This document shows positions 7,867-16,184 of a stretch of 64,000 nucleotides of DNA, one piece after another. Under the pieces are notes generated by a model. That model worked only from the letters and a program-made list of their open reading frames with translations, was not told where the DNA came from and did not search any database. The DNA is from an uncultured Actinomycetes bacterium. Lineage in GTDB: Bacteria; Actinomycetota; UBA4738; JBBDTT01. Position 1 is the first letter of the stretch; each line of letters starts with the position of its first letter. Made by a program: the position numbers and the translations under genes. The stretch lies in contig CAVUMN010000004.1 of the NCBI GenBank assembly GCA_963742735.1, positions 576,001-640,000 of the forward strand, in the 5' to 3' direction.

Positions 7867-10798
7867 CGCTGCGCACCTTGAGACGGGCCGCGGCGCGCTC
7901 GCGCAGCAGCAGGCCGGCTCCCTCGGGCGAGCGGGTGTAGACGAGCGCCCCGCCTCCCACCCAACGCGCCCACGCCCGTCCGAAGGCCTCCGCGAGCTCC
8001 TTCCTGCGCCCGAAGACCGCGGGAACCGGGTGGTAGAACGGCCGCCGGCGGCGGGCGACGCGCATGACGCTGCGCAGCAGGTACCAGAACGGGCGGTAGA
8101 ACGTCCCGGACAGGGACGCCTCCTCGCGGACGACCAGGTACCGCTGGTCGGCGACGGGATCGAACAGCTCGCCGTAGGCGGTCGCGAACAGGTCCGCCGC
8201 CGCGGCGTCCTTGGTCCACAGGTGCACGTCGTAGGTGCCCTGGACGGTGATCGTCACCCGGACCTGCTCGGGGCTCGCCGGCGCCAGGCCCGTCTCCCGT
8301 AACGCCTCGGCGACGGCCTTCCCGAAGTCGGCCAGGTACGAGTCGACCGGCAAGTCGATGAACGCGGCCCGCACGTAGCGAACGAAGAACGGCGCTGCCA
8401 GCGCCACCGGCGCGACGAGGGCCACCCCGATCAGCGCCCACATCAGCGCGCGGTTCGGGATGTCCAGGAGCCGCGGGATCACCTGCCAGATGAGGACGGC
8501 GTAGACGATGGCCGTCGACACGGCCGTGTTCAGCAGGGCCCGGAGCGATCCGACCCACGAGAAGGCCGTCTTCAGGCGAACGTCCTCGGCGGCCAGGACC
8601 GTCCCCCGGAACTCGAAGTTGTCGTAGGCGTCCCCGACGCCCCACCGCTCGTACGCGGCGGGCCGGTCGCGGGCCCGTTCGAGCGAGCGCTCGTTGATGG
8701 CCTTCGGCGACACCAGCGCGAGCGGGTCGGCAAGGAACATGAGCCGTTCGTCCACGTGCGCGGCGCCCTTCACGATCCGCCGCTTCGGCCCGAGACCCCA
8801 CACGTGGCGGTGCTTGGCCAGCAGGCGCCGGAGGTCGCCGTCGCCCTGGTCCAGGTTCCGGTCCAGACAGACGATGTCCCAGTTGTTGGCGACCTTGCGC
8901 GGCGCCGCCGGGTCGAGGCGGATCGAGCGCCCCCGGATCTGGTTCACGCTGGCGTACGTCCCGGCGGTGGTCAGGTCGACAAGCGTGTTGAGGCGAAGCG
9001 AGTCCCATCCCTCCGACAGCAGCCCGCGCGTGCCGACCAGACAGCGGGTCACCCCGCGCTCGAACATCGACGTGACCAGCGCCACATACTCGCGGGGGCC
9101 CCAAACGCCGCCCTCGGCCACGATCACCGCCAGTCCCTGTCCGGCGTCGCGAGCCTCGACCCCCGCGGGGTGACCGCGCTCGGTCACCCACGTCCGGGCC
9201 TCGGCGATGAAGCGGTCGGCGAGGCCAGCGTCGACCAGCACCGAGCGGCCGGTAAGCATCACCGGGTCGAGGGCGTTGGTGGCCGGGTCCGCGACCAGGG
9301 CCCGGATGGCCCGGACGGCCCCGCCGGCCTCGGGGTCCAGCACGCCCTCCAGGCGGCGCAGCGCCGTGGCCGAGGACCGCTCGAAGTCGGTCAGCACCAC
9401 GGCCCGGAGCTCGGTCCCCATCGCCTGGGACTCGGTGCACAGGACGTCCACCATCGCCTCGACCTTGCTCGAGGAGTACGCCAGGACGCGGTCGATCGGG
9501 GAGGGCCCGGCGCGCCAGCCGGTCTCCGTCATCGTCCACCCCAGGGTGCGCAGGGTGGCGCGAAGGTCGCCGAGCGTCTCGACGTCGGCCGGCTCGCGTG
9601 AGGGCCGCAGGATCCCCAGCGACCACTCCCGCAGCAGCGCCATCCGGTCGCGGGCGTCGGGCGGCCGGCGCATCTCGGGGATCGCCTCGACGTCCTCTGC
9701 GAGCTCCTGCCCCGAAGCGAGCAGGTACCGGACGCCCGCCACCGCCAGGTCGAACTCCTCGGACAGCAGGGTTTCCCAGGCGACGCCGGTTCCCGGCCGG
9801 TTGATGCGCGCCTCCAGGTGGGGGAGGAACCGCGGGTCGGCGAACGCGCGGGCGAAGGCCTCCTCCAGCAGGAGGTGGCGCGAGCGCAGGAACCGTCCCT
9901 CCTCCGGAGTCGGCTCGGTCACCAGGACCAGGTCCTGGTACGGCGCCAGGCTCCCGCTCTTCACGACGGCGGGCGTCGGGACCTCGAAGTCGATCCCGTT
10001 CACCAGCGCCAGGTAGTTCTCCATGCCCTCGGGCTGGCCGTCGGCGGGGGGCGTCGCGGTGAGGCCGACGACGAGCGCGTCGGGGAGCCGCCGGATCAGC
10101 TCGCGCAGGATCATCGCCCAGTAGTCGAGCAGGTGGTGCGCCTCGTCCAGGATCACCACGCCGGTTCCGGCGGCGACGATCCGCTCGACCAGGTCCAGGG
10201 CGTTCGGGTGCAGCAGCTGTCCGATGTCCGCCTCCCCGGTAGCCAGGAGACGGCGAACCTCGCGGCTCGCGCGGACCGACACGCCGCTTCGGTACTCGGC
10301 GGCCGCATCGTGCCGGAGCCCGTTCAGGTGATCGGTCGCGCTCTCCTCGCTGCGACCGGCGTCCACGAGCTCTGACAGCCATCGGGCCCGCCCCAGCCGC
10401 TCGGTGAACTCCTGGTCGTGGGCCCGGGTGCCCAGGCTCTGGTACGTCAGCGAGCTGATCGTGCGGAGCTCGCGGGGGTCGGTGCTGACGTGGAGAAGGA
10501 GCGCGTCCTCGCCCTCGGTGTCGCCCTCCGGGCGAAACAGCCGGACCTTCTCCGCCCACTGCTCTTGGATGGTGGTCGTTGGGGAGAACGTCACCGTCGG
10601 GCGGCCGATCCGCCGCGCGATCTCGAGGCCCACGATCGTCTTCCCGGCGCCGGGCGGGGCGACCACGTGGAAGGTGCGTACCGCCGGGTCCCGGGCCTGG
10701 AACCGCTCGAGGATCATCGTCTGGTACACGCGCCACGGGTATCGGAACCCCATCGACGCGTGGACCTGCGGGGCGAGGCTGAGACGTGTCTCGTCCAC
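7844..10798 (-). CDS. SF2 (ResIII-like, DEAH) helicase with C-terminal transmembrane segments
   Basis: WRVYQ Q-motif, APPGAGKT, LDEAHH, GLTATPP, LSEGWD, NQIRGRSIR; two hydrophobic helices near the C-terminus. Start is GTG 10798 or ATG 10753; the upstream part of the 1375-aa track ORF is shadow. Confidence 0.88.
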   Translation of the reverse strand: MDETRLSLAPQVHASMGFRYPWRVYQTMILERFQARDPAVRTFHVVAPPGAGKTIVGLEIARRIGRPTVTFSPTTTIQEQWAEKVRLFRPEGDTEGEDALLLHVSTDPRELRTISSLTYQSLGTRAHDQEFTERLGRARWLSELVDAGRSEESATDHLNGLRHDAAAEYRSGVSVRASREVRRLLATGEADIGQLLHPNALDLVERIVAAGTGVVILDEAHHLLDYWAMILRELIRRLPDALVVGLTATPPADGQPEGMENYLALVNGIDFEVPTPAVVKSGSLAPYQDLVLVTEPTPEEGRFLRSRHLLLEEAFARAFADPRFLPHLEARINRPGTGVAWETLLSEEFDLAVAGVRYLLASGQELAEDVEAIPEMRRPPDARDRMALLREWSLGILRPSREPADVETLGDLRATLRTLGWTMTETGWRAGPSPIDRVLAYSSSKVEAMVDVLCTESQAMGTELRAVVLTDFERSSATALRRLEGVLDPEAGGAVRAIRALVADPATNALDPVMLTGRSVLVDAGLADRFIAEARTWVTERGHPAGVEARDAGQGLAVIVAEGGVWGPREYVALVTSMFERGVTRCLVGTRGLLSEGWDSLRLNTLVDLTTAGTYASVNQIRGRSIRLDPAAPRKVANNWDIVCLDRNLDQGDGDLRRLLAKHRHVWGLGPKRRIVKGAAHVDERLMFLADPLALVSPKAINERSLERARDRPAAYERWGVGDAYDNFEFRGTVLAAEDVRLKTAFSWVGSLRALLNTAVSTAIVYAVLIWQVIPRLLDIPNRALMWALIGVALVAPVALAAPFFVRYVRAAFIDLPVDSYLADFGKAVAEALRETGLAPASPEQVRVTITVQGTYDVHLWTKDAAAADLFATAYGELFDPVADQRYLVVREEASLSGTFYRPFWYLLRSVMRVARRRRPFYHPVPAVFGRRKELAEAFGRAWARWVGGGALVYTRSPEGAGLLLRERAAARLKVRSVTLVEWR

Positions 10799-10861
10799 GG
10801 CCCCCGATGCTCCCACGCCCGGCGGGAGGGATGGCTTCACGGCGCGGGGAATCCTTCGGAG

Positions 10862-12289
10862 ATGCGCCGCCTCGTTCTCGTGCTGGCCCTGTTCGCGTTC
10901 GCGCTGCCGTCCCCGGCGGGCGGCGAGCCGCTGATCCCGGGGTTCCCCGCGTGCGGCCGTCCCCTGGAGAACGTGCCCCCCGGTGCTCCGCGGAACGTGG
11001 AGCTCGCGACCGTCACCGACACCGAGTTCGTCGTCACCTGGCTGACGTGCTCGGCGGACGGGCGGCCACTCGCGACCGACACGACGGTCCAGGTGGCCGA
11101 GATCGGGTCGGACGTCATCTCCGAGGGGACGATCGGGCGCCCGACGCCCTTCCACTACGCGAGGCTCGGCCTCCTGACGCCGGGCACGATGTATCAGTAC
11201 TCGGTCTCCTCCGGGGGGCTCCCGGCCGCGCTCGATCGCCTGAACCCGGGCGTGTTCCGCACCCTGGCCCGCCCCGCCGGGCGTGAGCTGTTCCGGCTCG
11301 GGGTCCTGGCCGACACGCACCTGGGCGAGACCGTCTCGGGCCTGGCTACCTCGTCGCCGTTCGAGCTGCCGCCGCCCTACCGGAGCGATCGTCCCTACCC
11401 GGAGGTGATGGTCCGGGCCGCGGTCGCCGGGTTGAACCGGGAGGGGGCAACGTTCACGGTCCTGCCGGCGGACGTCTCGTCCCACGGAGAGCGCGCCCAG
11501 CTGGCGGCCCTCCGCGGGGTGTTGCGGGGGTTGCGCAGCCCCTACCTGATCGCCCGCGGCGCGCACGATCGCGCCAACCAGTACGACGCGTCCCGGCGGG
11601 ACTGCGGGCCGGACGGCGACTGCTTCCGGGCGATCTTCCGACCCGGCGTCCGCCCCGATCCCGAGCCGGTGCACCGCCCGGCCGCGGCCGTCCACCGAGG
11701 GTGGAGCCTCATTGCCCTCGATTCCGCGAACCCGGCCTCGGGCCTGGGGGAGATGCCCGCCGAGCAGCTGGCGTGGCTCGAGGGAAAGCTGACCGTCGCC
11801 GACCGGACGGGACGGCCCTCGATCGTGTTCCTGCATCACCCGGTGGCGCACTACTCGACCACGCTCGCCATCCCGCCGGCGACGTTCGGCGTCGATCAGG
11901 CCGACGCGAACGCGCTCCTGCAGGTGATCGCGGACCACGACGTGCGGCTCGTGATCTCCGCCCACACGCACCGGAACTGGATCGCCTACGACCCACGCAC
12001 GGGCCGGACGCCGCTCATCGAGGTCGGCCCGTCGAAGGAGTACCCGGCCGGCTACTCGCTGATCCGGGTGTTCGAGGGCGGCCTGCTACGCACGTGGATG
12101 CCCACCGACTGCCCGTTCTGCAACGTGTGGCGCGAGAGCACCCGCGGCGAGTACGCCGGGTTGTACCCCCTGTACACGACGGGGTCCCTCCGGGACCGCG
12201 GCTTCGAGCACGCCTTCGACGGCCCCGACGTACCCGGGGTCCCGTCGCTGCCGCTGGGGGCGTGGCCTCCCTTCCTCTGCTCGGCCTAG
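10862..12289 (+). CDS. Secreted metallophosphoesterase with purple-acid-phosphatase-type N-terminal domain
   Basis: Signal peptide MRRLVLVLALFAFALP; calcineurin-like motifs DTHLG, ADV, GAHD, LHHP, AHTH. Confidence 0.88.
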   Translation: MRRLVLVLALFAFALPSPAGGEPLIPGFPACGRPLENVPPGAPRNVELATVTDTEFVVTWLTCSADGRPLATDTTVQVAEIGSDVISEGTIGRPTPFHYARLGLLTPGTMYQYSVSSGGLPAALDRLNPGVFRTLARPAGRELFRLGVLADTHLGETVSGLATSSPFELPPPYRSDRPYPEVMVRAAVAGLNREGATFTVLPADVSSHGERAQLAALRGVLRGLRSPYLIARGAHDRANQYDASRRDCGPDGDCFRAIFRPGVRPDPEPVHRPAAAVHRGWSLIALDSANPASGLGEMPAEQLAWLEGKLTVADRTGRPSIVFLHHPVAHYSTTLAIPPATFGVDQADANALLQVIADHDVRLVISAHTHRNWIAYDPRTGRTPLIEVGPSKEYPAGYSLIRVFEGGLLRTWMPTDCPFCNVWRESTRGEYAGLYPLYTTGSLRDRGFEHAFDGPDVPGVPSLPLGAWPPFLCSA

Positions 12290-12323
12290 GATTCGCGCGC
12301 GCCGTCGTCGAACCACTGGGGAC

Positions 12324-12911
12324 ATGCGCAGGCTCCTCGTCGCGGTGACCATGGCCACGCTCGTGCTCGGATCCGGCGTCCCCGCGGGGGCGGCCCTCGT
12401 GGATCCGGCCTCGCATCCGGACGGCCTGAGCCCGTACAAGCCGCCCCACTTCCGCTGCAAGCAGTGGCAGCGCTACCGCACCGACGAGAGCCCCGCGATC
12501 CCCGGCCCCGCCCAGGATCCACTCTGCGTCGACTACGACAAGCGCGACATCACCGTGGACAACCTCGGGGCGGTGCTGTTCGCCTACCAGGAGCCGTTCC
12601 GGTTCGCGGCGGCGGCCGGAAAGTGCCGGTACTGGCAGGTCGACCACTGGTCGATCCAGGTTTCGCGGCCGGGTGAGCCCGTCCTGGTGCAGTGGGATGG
12701 CTCGTACTGGTTCGACCTGATCAACGGCGAGGCCGGGGGCATCCTGCGCAACTTCCGAGTCGCGGGCCATCCCGCGGACGTGGGCGCGGCGGCCTCGCTC
12801 GTCGAACGCGTGGACCCCGAGGCCGGCGCGGTGCTGCGAACCTATGGCGCCCGCGGCGGCGGGGGCGGCGGCACCGTCCACGCCAACAACCCCACCGGTC
12901 AGTGCCCCTAG
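12324..12911 (+). CDS. Secreted protein of unknown function
   Basis: N-terminal signal peptide, four Cys, Trp-rich core; overlaps the next gene. Confidence 0.75.
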   Translation: MRRLLVAVTMATLVLGSGVPAGAALVDPASHPDGLSPYKPPHFRCKQWQRYRTDESPAIPGPAQDPLCVDYDKRDITVDNLGAVLFAYQEPFRFAAAAGKCRYWQVDHWSIQVSRPGEPVLVQWDGSYWFDLINGEAGGILRNFRVAGHPADVGAAASLVERVDPEAGAVLRTYGARGGGGGGTVHANNPTGQCP

Positions 12912-13597
12912 ACCCGGCAGAGTTCGGGCTCACCCGGCGCGACCTCCTGAAGCGAGCGGCCCAGGCCGCGGCCGTGGGGCTCGCGGCGACCCAGCTCCCG
13001 CCGTTCGCCTGGGCGTGGCCTCGGGAGGCGAGCGCGCACGTCCCCCCCACCGGGCCGCCCGCCGACCCGTACACGGTGGAGACCATCGAGGCGTTCGCCG
13101 ACACGATCATCCCGGGCCAGAAGCGTTCGGCCGACGACCGCGCGATCGCGGGCGCGGTCAGCGGGCCCGGCGCCGTCCAGGCGGGCGCGGTGGACATGTG
13201 GTACTTCGGCCCGCTGCAGTCCTCGGCCGTGGCCCCGCCGTTCGCGGTCGCGTTGAACGCGTTCGCGCGGATCCGGTTCCCCCAGACCGCGGTGACGCCC
13301 CCGGAGTTCGTCCTGCTGGACTTCGACCAGCGCACCGAGCTCCTGTACACGCTGTACGACCCCTCAGCCCCCGACCGGCAGTTCTGGGTGGTGGGCGCGG
13401 CCATCGTGTTCCTGGCGTTTCACACCGCCGGGTTCCTGCACACCGCCGACGCCGTCCGCGAGGGCCACCCCGGGCTGGCGTGGCTTCGGTTCCCGAAGCC
13501 GGACCCGGACGGCCTGTGGCGGTACCCCGAGGCCTCGTACCGCCGCCGTCTGAACCGGTTCCACCCCCGGACCACGAAGCGGGGCCACCCCGCGTGA
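12902..13597 (+). CDS. Tat-signal protein, DUF5987 / enediyne E8-like
   Basis: TRRDLLK twin-arginine signal; TIEAFADTIIPGQKRSADDRAIAGAVSGPGAVQAGA and GHPGL...PDPDGLWRYP..SY...HPRTT..GHPA match the E8/DUF5987 pattern as recalled. Confidence 0.8.
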   Translation: MPLDPAEFGLTRRDLLKRAAQAAAVGLAATQLPPFAWAWPREASAHVPPTGPPADPYTVETIEAFADTIIPGQKRSADDRAIAGAVSGPGAVQAGAVDMWYFGPLQSSAVAPPFAVALNAFARIRFPQTAVTPPEFVLLDFDQRTELLYTLYDPSAPDRQFWVVGAAIVFLAFHTAGFLHTADAVREGHPGLAWLRFPKPDPDGLWRYPEASYRRRLNRFHPRTTKRGHPA

Positions 13598-15189
13598 GCC
13601 CCTCGTACGAGACGACGGACGTCCTGGTCCTGGGCACCGGCTTCGGCGGGGCGATCCCCGGCTACCACCTGGCCGCCGGCGGGGCAAAGGTCCTGTTCCT
13701 GGAGCGCGGCCCGTACCTGAGGACCGAGGACTTCACCCACGACCTGCAGATCGGCACGTACACGCGGGTCGTGGACGCGATCATCGGCCAGGGCGTCGCG
13801 GTCGCGGCCGGGAACGTGGTCGGGGGGTCCTCGGTGGTGTACTTCGCGGCGTCGCTGCGGGCGCCGTCGTTCGTGTTCCGCCGGCAGCTGCCGGCCGGCC
13901 GGCCTCTCTGGCCCCGGCAGATCACCCGGGCCCGGCTCGACCCCTACTACGACCGAGTCGAGGAAACCCTGCCCGTCGCCCAGGAGGATTGGAACGACGT
14001 CAGCTTCGCCGGGGGCGTGTTCGCCGCGGCGTGCCGGCGGGCCGGACACACGTGCAACCCGGTTCCGGTCGCGGTGGACCTCGACGCCTGCACGAACTGC
14101 AACTGGATGGTGAACGGCTGCCGGTTCGGGGCGAAGCGCTCGATGCTGCTCAATTACCTCCCGGCGGCGGAGGCCGCGGGGGCCGAGATCCGCCCGCTGC
14201 ACGAGGTCCAGCGCATCCGCCCTGCGCTCACCCCCGGCTATCGATACGCGGTCGACTTCCAGACGGTCGACGTCGACGACTACCGCGCGTACACCGACGC
14301 CGGCGTCATCGAGGCCAAGGTCGTCATCCTCGCCGCCGGGGCGATGGGCTCGCCCGTCATCCTGGAGCGGTCCCGTCCGTTCCTGCCGCTGCTGTCTCGC
14401 CAGGTTGGACGGAACTTCTCGCCCAACGGCGACATGGTCACCACCGAGGTCGTCGACGAGCGCAAGGTCCGCTCGCTGCTCGGCCTCTCACGGGGGCGGG
14501 TCGCGTACGACGCGTATCCCATCGGCCGGCCGATCACGTCGATGACCTACGACTTCATGGACCCCTTGCGCCCGGAGGGGACGCGGTTCGGCATGCAGCA
14601 CATCTACTTCCCCCCGACCCTCAACGTGATCCCCAACGACGGCGTCTCCCACCAGGGGTTCCTCGGGGAGGGCAAGCGGGACGTGTCGCACCGGTGGCGA
14701 TCGTGGGTGTCGGTGCTCTCGATGGTCGAAGACGGCAACGAGGGGACGTTCGGCCCGCCTCCCGCCACGGGGAACTTCGTCCGCCTGGCGCCGTCCGCCG
14801 CGCTGTCCACCCTGGACTACCCGGCCTCGGAGTTCACCCTGAACGCGTTCGGAACCGCCGACCGCGAGGTCCGGCGCATCTTCGAGAAGGACGGCCTGGC
14901 GAGGCACCTGGAGTGGACGGGCGAGGCCGCGTTCCTGTCCGCGCATCCACTCTCCTCGTGCCGGATGGGGACGAGCGTCGACGAGTCGGTGGTGAACATA
15001 GACAACCAGGTGTGGGGCTACCCCGGGCTGTTCGTCACCGACGCCTCGACGATCCCGACTTCCCTGTGCGTGAACCCCTCGCTGACGGTGGCCGCCATGG
15101 CGGAGCGCGCGTCCGACCGCATCGTCCGCATCGCCCCGGAGCTCGGCGTACGCGTGCACGCGGACGCGCCCGTCCCCGAGCGGATGTAG
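13594..15189 (+). CDS. GMC-family flavoprotein oxidoreductase, enediyne E9-like
   Basis: GTGFGG FAD motif, LERG, GNVVGGSSVVY, CTNCNWMVNGC Cys cluster, HPLSSCRMG, VNPSLTVAAMAER. GTGA overlap with the upstream gene. Confidence 0.9.
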   Translation: MSPSYETTDVLVLGTGFGGAIPGYHLAAGGAKVLFLERGPYLRTEDFTHDLQIGTYTRVVDAIIGQGVAVAAGNVVGGSSVVYFAASLRAPSFVFRRQLPAGRPLWPRQITRARLDPYYDRVEETLPVAQEDWNDVSFAGGVFAAACRRAGHTCNPVPVAVDLDACTNCNWMVNGCRFGAKRSMLLNYLPAAEAAGAEIRPLHEVQRIRPALTPGYRYAVDFQTVDVDDYRAYTDAGVIEAKVVILAAGAMGSPVILERSRPFLPLLSRQVGRNFSPNGDMVTTEVVDERKVRSLLGLSRGRVAYDAYPIGRPITSMTYDFMDPLRPEGTRFGMQHIYFPPTLNVIPNDGVSHQGFLGEGKRDVSHRWRSWVSVLSMVEDGNEGTFGPPPATGNFVRLAPSAALSTLDYPASEFTLNAFGTADREVRRIFEKDGLARHLEWTGEAAFLSAHPLSSCRMGTSVDESVVNIDNQVWGYPGLFVTDASTIPTSLCVNPSLTVAAMAERASDRIVRIAPELGVRVHADAPVPERM

Positions 15190-15200
15190 CGTTCGGGGCC

Positions 15201-16184
15201 GTGGACGTCCGGTTCGTGACCGCGAACGGCGCCGAGACCCACGGCCCCGCGGACGTGAAGGCCCTCCTGGAGCGCGGGGACGGGTTCGTCTGGGTGGACG
15301 TCTCCGAGCCGACCGAGCCCGAGGTCGCCCGGCTGCAGGAGAGCTTCGGCTTCCACCCGCTGGCCCTTCGCGCCGCGGCGGAGCGCAGCCACGTCCCGAA
15401 GATCCACCCGTACCCCGACCACGTCTTCCTGGTCCTGCACGCGCCCGAGCCCGGCGACGCCGGGCACGTACACCTGGTCGAGCTCGATCAGTTCGTGGGC
15501 CTGCGGTACCTGGTCACGGTGCACGGGCCTCTCGGCGAGGGTGTCCCGCTCGAGGCGGCGCTCCGGGAGACCGCCTCGGTCGCCGCGAAGATCGACGAGG
15601 GCCGGTTCCGTCCGGGCTCGCCGGCGGAGCTCTCGCACGCCATCGTCAGCGCGCTCGCCCGGCGGATGGAGCGGTTCGTCTCGAGCCTGGCCACCGGCAT
15701 CGCCGCCCTGGAGCGCCAGGTGATGGCGGGACACCTCAAGGATCCCGAGGGAGCCCTGGAGGAGATGTTCCGCGTCCGTCACGAGCTCCTCACCGTGCGA
15801 ACGATGGCCGCGCAGAGCCGGGAGGCGTACGTGCGCACGAACGCCCTCGCCCGCTTCCTGCCCCCCGACGCTCACCCGTACATCGAGGACCTGATGACCG
15901 AGTTCGACCGCATCCGCGCGCTGGCCGACGGCGAGCAGGAGTTCCTGCAGGGGATCCTGGACTACTACACGTCACGGACCTCGACGAAGATCAACATCGC
16001 CATGGAACGCCTGGCCCTCATCGCCGGGGTGATCCTGCCGATCAACGCGATCGCCGGGATCTACGGGATGAACATCATCGTGAACGACCGCACCGACTTC
16101 GGGCACCTCGCGGTGCTCGGCGCGTTCATCCTGCTGGTCTCGGGCGGCATGCTCATGTGGGCCAAGCGCCACGAGTGGTGGTGA
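15201..16184 (+). CDS. corA: CorA-family Mg2+/Co2+ transporter
   Basis: FGFHPLA, PKI, C-terminal GIYGMN signature and two TM helices. Confidence 0.88.
   Translation: MDVRFVTANGAETHGPADVKALLERGDGFVWVDVSEPTEPEVARLQESFGFHPLALRAAAERSHVPKIHPYPDHVFLVLHAPEPGDAGHVHLVELDQFVGLRYLVTVHGPLGEGVPLEAALRETASVAAKIDEGRFRPGSPAELSHAIVSALARRMERFVSSLATGIAALERQVMAGHLKDPEGALEEMFRVRHELLTVRTMAAQSREAYVRTNALARFLPPDAHPYIEDLMTEFDRIRALADGEQEFLQGILDYYTSRTSTKINIAMERLALIAGVILPINAIAGIYGMNIIVNDRTDFGHLAVLGAFILLVSGGMLMWAKRHEWW

Noticed and set aside
10799-11971. N-terminal extension of the helicase to 1375 aa
   Set aside because: It is the antisense of the metallophosphoesterase; helicase motifs begin below 10800.
12902-15189. 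Enediyne biosynthetic gene cluster
   Set aside because: No PKS, E3/E4/E5 or E10 thioesterase genes nearby; only E8/E9-like genes.
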